Virus record (IMG/VR): IMGVR_UViG_3300046804_002963
Location: 1,187 to 65,186 of that record
Direction: 5' to 3' (one strand)
DNA length: 64,000 nt
From: a virus
Taxonomy: Duplodnaviria; Caudoviricetes
Made by a program: the position numbers and the translations under genes. The stretch's first letter is position 1. Each line of letters opens with the position of its first letter. The notes beneath the pieces are model-generated. The model saw only the letters and a list, made by a program, of their open reading frames with translations. It made no database searches and was not told the DNA's origin. This document shows positions 1-8,226 of this stretch, piece by piece.

Positions 1-857
1 AGACTTACATGAGAGTGTCCAGGAGTAGTATTAGAAGATAAAGACATTCTAAATTGGCTATTATCTCCTACTGTTTCTAATACTCTTCTCATAGAAATAA
101 TAGGAAGTATCTGACCGTTTCTAAAAGTTTCTAAATTTTCATCAATCATATCACCTTCCCAAAAATAAGTATTAGATAAACTTTGACCAAATACCATAAC
201 GCCTTTTGGAAGTGTTTTAATTTTTGTATCTTTATTAGCAAGTTTAGGATCTACTAGAAGAGGTAAGATCTGAATACTTCTTACGCCTTGATATTGATTT
301 CTTTGTGCATCTGCAATATCGACGGTGTCGGGAAGCTCTCCCCAAGCAAGGTTTACTAGCTCAGTTTTTATAGATTCTACTCTATGAAAATGTCCAGAAT
401 GAGCACCTTTTTGATCATAGTAAGTATCTGTTGCAGCAGTTGAAGCAACATCCCCTGGGGCTAAACCATGCATATTAAGGATACGAGTTCTTGGAATAGT
501 AAGAGGTGTATGCGCACCACCTAAATTTAATAATGTAGCAGCGGAATCTGGCATATCTGTTGTAGCCATGTAGCATACACCAGTATTTGATTTCCAGTCA
601 TTAGCATTAGCAACACATCGAATTAATGGGTTGCCTTTTACATCTGGAATTATAGTACCATTCAATGTGAAGTTAGCAGTGGGATTAGTAATTTCAAAAT
701 ACGGTCTTACACTATCCTGTCCTAACTCACCATAGGTTTCTGTATTCCAATCAGAAGGTCGTTTGCAGTAAAACAATACTGAGTAAAAAGGAAGATATGC
801 TTCTTCAGTAGAAGAATTAGTTGTACCTGCAGTTCTTGTTCCCCATAAACCAAACAT
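1..857 (-). CDS. Fibre/tip protein with HxH motifs, truncated at the window edge (not in ORF track)
   Basis: Manual translation from ATG 857 (GAGG upstream) stays open to base 1: MFGLWGTRTAG...GGAHT...GAHSGHFH...LPKGVMVFG...PGHSHVS. Motifs resemble those of ORF 25287-26600. Confidence 0.7.
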   Translation of the reverse strand, partial: MFGLWGTRTAGTTNSSTEEAYLPFYSVLFYCKRPSDWNTETYGELGQDSVRPYFEITNPTANFTLNGTIIPDVKGNPLIRCVANANDWKSNTGVCYMATTDMPDSAATLLNLGGAHTPLTIPRTRILNMHGLAPGDVASTAATDTYYDQKGAHSGHFHRVESIKTELVNLAWGELPDTVDIADAQRNQYQGVRSIQILPLLVDPKLANKDTKIKTLPKGVMVFGQSLSNTYFWEGDMIDENLETFRNGQILPIISMRRVLETVGDNSQFRMSLSSNTTPGHSHVS

Positions 858-868
858 CAATTAAATCC

Positions 869-2272
869 TCATGCTGGGGTAGCAAAACCTTTAGCAGATA
901 ACATTCCGTACCAAGTAGCACCACCATCCATAGTTGTGAGTGTTACTATATCAGTATAACCTGCTTGAGTAGATAGAGTAGGACCTGTAGGCGAATATAT
1001 ACCTTCTGCTGTTGGCCAGTATATGGTATTTAATGACCAATCCACTGTTCTACTACCAGTTCCATCCTGTTTTAAATAAATTGATAAAGAGTAATGCTTT
1101 GAGTTAGGAGCTGACATCTGTACTGGAGTAATAGATCTATTAAGAGTCAATTTATAGATATTATAATGTAGAGCATTAATTAATACAGTACCAGAATTTG
1201 TTAATGTATCAAATAACTCTCCGTAACTTTTAAATACAGTATTTGCTGTAGTAGCACCATTAAAATGTACGGTAGATACTCCAATTGGATTAGTTAGTAC
1301 TGCAACGTTTGCAAATATAACGTTAGTTCCGCCGCTGTTTACCATTAAGAAAGTGTTAGCGTAACCAGAATAGCTATCTGGTGTATCTGTTAAGTCAAGA
1401 ATAGATCCGGTAACAGCGCCACCTAAACCAGCAGACCCTTGATAGCCAGTTGGACCAATATCACCAGCTGAACCCTGATAGCCAATAAGTCCTAACGGAC
1501 CTTCAGCTCCAGGAGAACCTGTATAACCAATAGACCCACTATAACCTACTGATCCTAAGTAGCCTGTTATACCTGCAGATCCTTGATAACCTTCTAACCC
1601 TCTTGATCCTGTATAGCCTGCAGAACCTCTAAACCCTGTTGCTCCAGTTGATCCAGTATAACCAGCAGAACCTGCATACCCGTCACCATCAGGTCCTTTT
1701 GAGCCATCATAACCTACTGATCCTTGAACACCTGCAGAACCAATATATCCTGCAGAACCTCTATATCCTTCTACACCGCGTGACCCTGTATAACCAGTAG
1801 TACCAGCTGAGCCTTGATATCCTAGAAAGCCAGAAGAACCGGTATAGCCAGCAGAACCTGAAAAGCCTACTGCACCACGTGATCCTGCATACCCCATCTC
1901 TCCTTTTGATCCAGTATAAGCTATGCCAGGATCACCTGCAGAACCCTTATAACCTAGAGATCCTTGATAGCCCGATGAACCTTGGTACCCTACTCCACCA
2001 ATAGAGCCAACATAACCTACTGAACCTCTATAACCCTCAGAACCTTTATAGCCTGTTGTACCATCAGTACCCTTAGATCCCATATAACCAGTAGCGCCAA
2101 TTGAGCCAGTATACCCAGTATTACCTGTAGAACCAGTAAAACCAGTATACTCTAGTTGACCTTCATACCAGTAGGGACCTTGAGAGCCTAGGTATATAAA
2201 ACTGCCAGATATAGCATTACTGCCATCCGGATTAGTTACATCTATCTGGGATACGAAAATCTTAGTGGTCAT
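869..2272 (-). CDS. Collagen-like (GYxGS repeat) fibre protein with C-terminal beta domain
   Basis: About 245 aa of Gly-X-Y triplets dominated by G[YF]xGS. C-terminus LKQDGTGSRTVDW...DIVTLTTMDGGATWYG is shared with 11073-11804 and 27117-33059. Confidence 0.85.
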   Translation of the reverse strand: MTTKIFVSQIDVTNPDGSNAISGSFIYLGSQGPYWYEGQLEYTGFTGSTGNTGYTGSIGATGYMGSKGTDGTTGYKGSEGYRGSVGYVGSIGGVGYQGSSGYQGSLGYKGSAGDPGIAYTGSKGEMGYAGSRGAVGFSGSAGYTGSSGFLGYQGSAGTTGYTGSRGVEGYRGSAGYIGSAGVQGSVGYDGSKGPDGDGYAGSAGYTGSTGATGFRGSAGYTGSRGLEGYQGSAGITGYLGSVGYSGSIGYTGSPGAEGPLGLIGYQGSAGDIGPTGYQGSAGLGGAVTGSILDLTDTPDSYSGYANTFLMVNSGGTNVIFANVAVLTNPIGVSTVHFNGATTANTVFKSYGELFDTLTNSGTVLINALHYNIYKLTLNRSITPVQMSAPNSKHYSLSIYLKQDGTGSRTVDWSLNTIYWPTAEGIYSPTGPTLSTQAGYTDIVTLTTMDGGATWYGMLSAKGFATPA

Positions 2273-2302
2273 TGTAGGTCCTGAATAATAGAAAATCTAT
2301 TA

Positions 2303-2310
2303 TATTTATA
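2303..2310 (-). promoter_or_regulatory. T4-type late promoter TATAAATA
   Basis: Exact TATAAATA on - strand in the intergenic gap about 30 nt upstream of ATG 2272. Confidence 0.75.
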
Positions 2311-2315
2311 ATACG

Positions 2316-5147
2316 CTAGCGATTAGCAAATGGTGTAGATGAAGGTGTAAAATTAGCGCTATATCGTGCAGTTTTTGAAATTCTTATTTCATCCAAGTAC
2401 CCCGTCATATAGGTATTATTATACGCACCTATTGTTAAACGTGTGCCTGTGCTGGATGTCCCATCAGCCACTAGAGTTGTAGCTGCATTACCTACACCGT
2501 TTACCCATATTCTATATCCTGTACCAGGAATATGAGTTACTGCAATATGATTCCAAGCATTTAAGTTAATAGTTTCAGTAGTTGTGGTGGTTGTGCCTTG
2601 AGGATTCCAATAATAATACCATGTTACCTGTCTTGAAGAATTTACACCTACACTCCAATAATTATTAGTGCTATTATAATCTGCATTACTAATAATAGCG
2701 CTAAGACCGGTTGCAGTAGAAGCATAAAGCCAAAATTCAATAGTAAATTCTGTTCTCCACCAGTCAAATCTTGCTGAATCATAAAACGCTTGAAGCGCAG
2801 TTGCTCCATCAAAATATAAACTAGATGGACCAAACTTTTTTTGCGTAGAAGAGAGATATACTCCATCTCTTGGAAATGCATAAAATACATTTCTTCCAGT
2901 TTGATCTATAATATTTCCATTATTTCCTTTAAGCTGTAAAACTGCAGCAGAAGAACCAGATATAGTTGGTAAGGAAGAAGAAGGAACAGTAAATGGTCTA
3001 GTGTATATACCACTACCTTTAATTACTCTTAAGTCTGCAATATAACCTGTCAATGCATTAGCACCTGCATACCCTGTACCTACTAATACTGGGCCGGATG
3101 CTGCATAGTTATTAGTATCAGTGTATGTAGATCCTACCTGTGTTCCATTAATGAACATTCTGGTAAAACCTGAATTTTTACATAAAGCTACATGAGTCCA
3201 AGTATTATAAAGAAGTAAAGTTGAGCCGCTAGTAATCTGATCAGCTACACCCATATACATTCTTAACTGTCTTCCAGCAATATAAAGTGTTGGGTGTGTA
3301 GTAGAAGTACCAGTTCTATTATCAAATATATTACCTGTGCTTGTACCAGTAAATATATTAACCCATGCTTCTATTGTCCAGTCGCCAGTACCAAAAGTAA
3401 AATTATTAGAAGCAGGAATAGAAAGATAGTCGTTTACATTAAAATGTAAACTTCCTCCGTAACCAGAAGAATAATCTATTTGAGGCATAACAGGGAAAGG
3501 ATGTTCAGGTTTAATAGAAGGACTGGATGTAGTAGTACCTATAGTAAAGGTATTAACACTATAATTATTAGCTTTTTCTATGTAAATATTATCTTGAAAT
3601 CCTAAAAATCTAGTATTAGTTATTGCAGTTAAAGGTTTTGTTGGAGGAGTAAAATTAGAAGTATACACAGCAGTGCCTACTACAATTCTAAAATTACTCA
3701 CATAACCATATGATCTATTACCTCCAAATTGACCCCCTACAACTAAATTTGAATTTCTAGCAACTGGTGCTACTGTTTGAGCTGTACCACCAGCATTTTG
3801 TAAGACACCATTTATATAGAGATACCAAGTTGTATTAACTCTTACGGCTGCTAAATGTGCCCATGCTCCATTAGAAATAGTACCCCAAGTATAGTTTTGT
3901 TCTGTTGCACCGTTTGAGTCGCCAGTAGAAAATGTAAGAGTAGTTCCATTTATTTTAAATGTATATTCACCTACGTTTGTTCCTGAAGCTCCATCCTTAT
4001 TAAAAATATAATCTGCAGCATCTTGGTTTGCTAAAGAATAAAACCACAATTCTATAGTACAATCACCTGCTGGACCAATAGATAAACTTGAAGGGATGTT
4101 GTAATATTCTACTGCGCTTGATCCATCGAAATAAGTTGACCAGTAGCCTGGAGGTTGCATATATGGTGAGAAAGAACCTTGTCCTACTCCTCCAGATCTA
4201 ACAACTGCAATTGTGCCTGAAGTGACGGCAGGGGTGCCTGATATGGCTATAGTAAAAGCATTAGTAGATCTATCAGAAATAGTTTCAGACTGACAGGATA
4301 AAAATTGTGTATTAGTTATTGCTGTTAAAGGTGATGTTGGAGGAGTAAATGCACCAGTATAAACTGCAGTTCCTCTTACCCACCTCATATTACTAATATA
4401 ACCATTAAAATCTACAGAAACGTCAGTTCTTCTTCCTATAACAACAGAAGACATTCCTGATTGCCAATTAGTGTAACTCAACGTCTGCTGTACAGCACCA
4501 TTTAAATATAAAGTTAAATTATTAGTAGTAGGGCCATTTCTTACTAGTGCAACATGATACCAGGTATTTAAATTAATAGCTGATAAACTGGCCATTACGT
4601 TACCAGTTTGTTGATCATCTACATAAATTTTTCCATCAGTACCTAAATTAGGAGCAAGCGCAGCACCGTTAGGAGACCAAAATTTAGCATCGAATGATCC
4701 AGGAAGCGCGAGAGCATAAAACCAAAATTCTAAAGTAAAATCTACGTCTTGGTCAAAAGCAGTCGCATTAGTAACTGTAGTAAGATAGTCGCCAGAACCG
4801 TCAAAATATACACTATATGTTCCAGGAAAAGGTACTTTATCTGATACTACAGTTTCGCCAACATAATTAGAATGATTATAATTACCTGTTCCGTCTATAC
4901 CATCGGCATGAATATGAAGAAGATTTAAATAATAATCAGTAGAAGGATCAACTGATGGCCATGTACTAGAAAATTTCTTTTGTGTACTTTGTACTGTACT
5001 CCATACACCAGATGCTGAAGTATTGCTTGTAGATATACTAGTACCTATATAACTGCCATAGCTCTTTCTGCTCCATATTGTATTAGCAGAAGCTGTAGTG
5101 TTTCTTTCTAATGATCCTATAATATTGCCAGGATAACGAACAGGCAT
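2316..5147 (-). CDS. Multi-LamG (concanavalin A-like) virion adhesin, 4 domains
   Basis: Four repeats of S.YFDG...FT[IL]EFWFY...W.H[VI]A.VR...LY[IL]NG...GY[IL]SN.R; ends YSANFTPSSTPF. Confidence 0.85.
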   Translation of the reverse strand: MPVRYPGNIIGSLERNTTASANTIWSRKSYGSYIGTSISTSNTSASGVWSTVQSTQKKFSSTWPSVDPSTDYYLNLLHIHADGIDGTGNYNHSNYVGETVVSDKVPFPGTYSVYFDGSGDYLTTVTNATAFDQDVDFTLEFWFYALALPGSFDAKFWSPNGAALAPNLGTDGKIYVDDQQTGNVMASLSAINLNTWYHVALVRNGPTTNNLTLYLNGAVQQTLSYTNWQSGMSSVVIGRRTDVSVDFNGYISNMRWVRGTAVYTGAFTPPTSPLTAITNTQFLSCQSETISDRSTNAFTIAISGTPAVTSGTIAVVRSGGVGQGSFSPYMQPPGYWSTYFDGSSAVEYYNIPSSLSIGPAGDCTIELWFYSLANQDAADYIFNKDGASGTNVGEYTFKINGTTLTFSTGDSNGATEQNYTWGTISNGAWAHLAAVRVNTTWYLYINGVLQNAGGTAQTVAPVARNSNLVVGGQFGGNRSYGYVSNFRIVVGTAVYTSNFTPPTKPLTAITNTRFLGFQDNIYIEKANNYSVNTFTIGTTTSSPSIKPEHPFPVMPQIDYSSGYGGSLHFNVNDYLSIPASNNFTFGTGDWTIEAWVNIFTGTSTGNIFDNRTGTSTTHPTLYIAGRQLRMYMGVADQITSGSTLLLYNTWTHVALCKNSGFTRMFINGTQVGSTYTDTNNYAASGPVLVGTGYAGANALTGYIADLRVIKGSGIYTRPFTVPSSSLPTISGSSAAVLQLKGNNGNIIDQTGRNVFYAFPRDGVYLSSTQKKFGPSSLYFDGATALQAFYDSARFDWWRTEFTIEFWLYASTATGLSAIISNADYNSTNNYWSVGVNSSRQVTWYYYWNPQGTTTTTTETINLNAWNHIAVTHIPGTGYRIWVNGVGNAATTLVADGTSSTGTRLTIGAYNNTYMTGYLDEIRISKTARYSANFTPSSTPFANR

Positions 5148-5150
5148 TCG

Positions 5151-5510
5151 TTATCCTATTATTTCATAAGAACATACTACTTGTAAATTGTTAGCGCCAG
5201 CTATAACACTTAAAGCATCACCTTCTTCAAGATAAATGTTAGCATCTTTTGATACTGCTATTAATGTAGAGTTAGCAGGAACAGTAATAGAAGAGGCAAT
5301 TCTATAGTTGATAGCTGATCTTAAAACGCTTGCTGTGATAGCAATATTGTTTGCAGTGTCGGTATTGGTAACTAAAAGACTATTAATCTTTACTACAGTA
5401 CCACTATTAGAAGCGTTTGTTATAACGTTAGAAGTGGCTGTACTGATTGCGTTTGCAACAGCAGTTTTTCCTGTAACCGTTGTAATACCTATTAAGTTTG
5501 GGGCTACCAT
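5151..5510 (-). CDS. Small beta-rich virion structural protein
   Basis: 119 aa, TVPANSTL...IYLEEGDAL pattern typical of small phage fibre-associated proteins; similar architecture to 14765-15094. Confidence 0.65.
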   Translation of the reverse strand: MVAPNLIGITTVTGKTAVANAISTATSNVITNASNSGTVVKINSLLVTNTDTANNIAITASVLRSAINYRIASSITVPANSTLIAVSKDANIYLEEGDALSVIAGANNLQVVCSYEIIG

Positions 5511-5511
5511 A

Positions 5512-5934
5512 TTATCCTCTTCCTAATATAATTCCATAAAGATATGAAGATGGAGCTGTGTTTGACCAATATACACCAGTTCCGTTTGATGTAAGCACTT
5601 GTCCAGAAGAACCAGAACTACTATTTGCAATTAACGCTGATTTAACATGGAGATTAGCATTAAATCCAAACGAAACTGTTATATTGTTGCTCCAATAAAC
5701 CTTGGTTGCATTAGATGTTAGAATAAATCCAGCAGAGCCTGCAGAACCATTTGCAGTCAATGCTGAATTTACAGTTAATCCTAAATTAGATATTAATAGA
5801 GAATTAAATGTAGCAACATTAGAAGCAGTTATTGTAGAGTTTGCAGTTACTGCAGAGTTAAAAAGTATTGTATTTGCAAATGTAGTTGCAACAGTACTAT
5901 CTACATAATCTGTTCTTACTTTAGTAATAGACAT
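5512..5934 (-). CDS. Short fibre/adaptor protein with two ANxSxGxxGxVLTSNxxxVYW motifs
   Basis: Motif seen twice here and in several neighbouring fibre ORFs; tightly packed in the operon. Confidence 0.7.
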   Translation of the reverse strand: MSITKVRTDYVDSTVATTFANTILFNSAVTANSTITASNVATFNSLLISNLGLTVNSALTANGSAGSAGFILTSNATKVYWSNNITVSFGFNANLHVKSALIANSSSGSSGQVLTSNGTGVYWSNTAPSSYLYGIILGRG

Positions 5935-5945
5935 TCAATCTCTCA

Positions 5946-6731
5946 TCAATATGTTGATGCTTCATCCCAATCAACAGAAACTACTAGTGCTGCAGTACCT
6001 GCACCTGTTGTTCCACCAATAAAAGCATTATCGTTCTTAATACGGAAGCCTTCACTACCGGATAATACTAGAGGATAAGTTGATAAATTAATACCATAAT
6101 CCATACCACCGTAAGGAGGAACATATGGCTGGAAGAAGTCTCTCAAACCACCTCCACTTAAACCGTTATTTGGAAACGGTAGCCCGTTTGAGCCTGCAGA
6201 TCCTACAAACCCATAGTGAGGGAATACAGTAATAACACCTGCAGGACCGCCCAATGCTACTTGAGCATAGGGAGATGTATCTTCAGTAGATGCTGTATCA
6301 CCAGTAATACCAGCACCAGAAGCATATATTACCATAGATGCTGCAGATGTTGGCATAGAAGTTCTTTTCTTGGCTACTAGAGAGTTACCTTGACCTGCAC
6401 CATACCCTGTACCACCTGTAGTACCTTGTGTGAAAGACGTAGGTACACGGTATAGAGAGAAGCCTTGTCTCGCTGTTGTAGTAAACCCAGTAGTAATAAT
6501 CTGCACACCAATTTGTACTGATCTAATCAAACAAAGATTAGAACCGGTATTTTTAAAGGTAAATAAAACACCGTTTGAAGCTGTAATGCTAGAAAAAGTT
6601 ATAGCGCTGCTTACTAATGATGTTCTATACGACCCTACTATTTCGTTAGGGCGAAGATTAGCTCTCATAGCAGCTGGAGTTCTATCAACTACTACGAGAT
6701 CATTAGATGCACCTGACTGAATATAACCCAT
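5946..6731 (-). CDS. Virion structural protein, paralog of 6759-7400
   Basis: Shares NLRPNEI.GSYR.SLVS, YPLVL...EGFRIKND.AF and the V.W.EA..Y terminus with the adjacent gene. Confidence 0.75.
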   Translation of the reverse strand: MGYIQSGASNDLVVVDRTPAAMRANLRPNEIVGSYRTSLVSSAITFSSITASNGVLFTFKNTGSNLCLIRSVQIGVQIITTGFTTTARQGFSLYRVPTSFTQGTTGGTGYGAGQGNSLVAKKRTSMPTSAASMVIYASGAGITGDTASTEDTSPYAQVALGGPAGVITVFPHYGFVGSAGSNGLPFPNNGLSGGGLRDFFQPYVPPYGGMDYGINLSTYPLVLSGSEGFRIKNDNAFIGGTTGAGTAALVVSVDWDEASTY

Positions 6732-6758
6732 GTTAATTTTTCCTTTTCAAGAGTTAAA

Positions 6759-7400
6759 TCAGTATGCTGTTGCTTCTTCCCACTCTACAGTTACTACAAG
6801 GTTACCTGAACCTGTTGCAGCAAATGCAGTATCGTTCTTGATACGGAAGCCTTCGTTCTGTGCTAGAACAAGTGGGTAAGCAGAAGCGTTATAAGGACCG
6901 ATAAAATCACGAAGACCGTCTACTGGAGTAGTAGTAATTGCAGCTGGAAGGTTTAAAAGAACGTGTGCGTATGCAGTTGAATCTTCTGCACCTGCTGTAT
7001 CACCAGTAATAACAGTTGTAGTAGAAATAACTGCAGAAGCGTTTGGTGTAGCTTGTGAAGTTCTCTTTTTATTAACTGAGAATGTAGTCAATGTACCGTT
7101 AGTAGTACCTTGTGTAAATGAAGAACGAACTACATATAGGCCAAGACGCATTGAACCTTGTGTATATGCAGTTGTTACCTGTTCACCAACTTGAACTGAA
7201 CGAACGATACAAACGCCAGTACCAGTATACTTAAATGTGTAAAGAACACCAGCTGCAGTAGAAGCAGCAATAGTACCTGAAACAAGTGAAGCACGATATG
7301 AGCCGGTAATTTCGTTAGGACGAAGATTTACACGAGCAGCGTTTAATGTAGGATCAACTGTCATAGTTGATGTTGATGCACCTGATTGAACAATAGCCAT
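6759..7400 (-). CDS. Virion structural protein (possibly high copy), paralog of 5946-6731
   Basis: Strong SD (GGAGA) before ATG 7400; frequent CGT codons; end-to-end similarity with the adjacent gene. Confidence 0.75.
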   Translation of the reverse strand: MAIVQSGASTSTMTVDPTLNAARVNLRPNEITGSYRASLVSGTIAASTAAGVLYTFKYTGTGVCIVRSVQVGEQVTTAYTQGSMRLGLYVVRSSFTQGTTNGTLTTFSVNKKRTSQATPNASAVISTTTVITGDTAGAEDSTAYAHVLLNLPAAITTTPVDGLRDFIGPYNASAYPLVLAQNEGFRIKNDTAFAATGSGNLVVTVEWEEATAY

Positions 7401-7411
7401 TTATTTTCTCC

Positions 7412-7852
7412 TTATGACAATATGTAATTAAAGAATCTGGTATTTGAAACTGGACCTGGAGTTACCGTAATGTAATAACTTATAACTCCATTAGATGAAA
7501 CATAAGCTGAACAATTATAGCCGTCAAATTCGTTTTCATCACCGTAATAAGATGTCGTTGATGAACCGTTTGATGAAGCTGCAGAGCTAAACATTGATAC
7601 TGCTGTTACATAGGTACTATTAGCAATAGCTAAAGAATCTGAAATTGTACCGTAAGCTTCATACGTTGCATTTGGACCAAAATCTACTCTGATAGTTTTT
7701 TGAGCTTTCTGTAAAGCCTGTCCACCTGCAAGTGATCCGTCATGTACATGAATAGTATCAGTATCTGTGTTAATAGCAATCTCACCTGCTGCGCCTGTAA
7801 ACGCTTGCATCGATGCAGTATTGCCTCTTCTAAATTGAAGTACAGTAGCCAT
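7412..7852 (-). CDS. Protein with major tropism determinant N-terminal (Mtd_N)-like domain
   Basis: VLQFRRGNTASMQAFTGAAGEIAINTDTDTIHVHDGSLAGG matches the Mtd_N/hyaluronidase-type fibre N-terminal motif. Confidence 0.75.
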   Translation of the reverse strand: MATVLQFRRGNTASMQAFTGAAGEIAINTDTDTIHVHDGSLAGGQALQKAQKTIRVDFGPNATYEAYGTISDSLAIANSTYVTAVSMFSSAASSNGSSTTSYYGDENEFDGYNCSAYVSSNGVISYYITVTPGPVSNTRFFNYILS

Positions 7853-7861
7853 TATTGATCC

Positions 7862-8203
7862 TTAAATATTTAAATCTATTGTAGCAGAACCGTTAAAAGG
7901 TGTAGAGGAACAATCATACGTATAGGCATATTTTGTTTCATTACCTAGAGTGTTTGTATAATCTTGAGATAGTGATCCAAAATCACCATAAGGAAATGAT
8001 AGTGCAGCAGTACCTAATTGTACCCAGCCACTTCCAGCAGTATTAGAAAAATATGTTTCAAATTGTCCAAGTGTTGAATTGAAGCGGAATTGTCCAGCTG
8101 AATATGTTGTCACACGATCAGTAGAAGTTCCTACTGCAGTAACAAACGAATTTCCAACAACTTGCAGGCCATTTTTGACCCTAAAATCTGATTGCGTAGC
8201 CAT
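7862..8203 (-). CDS. Small fibre-associated protein
   Basis: SDFRVKNGL N-terminus and GQFRFNSTLGQFETY motif typical of T4-like fibre segments. Confidence 0.65.
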   Translation of the reverse strand: MATQSDFRVKNGLQVVGNSFVTAVGTSTDRVTTYSAGQFRFNSTLGQFETYFSNTAGSGWVQLGTAALSFPYGDFGSLSQDYTNTLGNETKYAYTYDCSSTPFNGSATIDLNI

Positions 8204-8226
8204 CTTTCCCTTTCCAGATTGCTATG

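Noticed and set aside
7412-7852. Mtd-like gene as a sign of a diversity-generating retroelement
   Set aside because: Only the N-terminal Mtd module is present. No reverse transcriptase, C-type lectin variable region or adenine-specific TR/VR pair was seen in the window.
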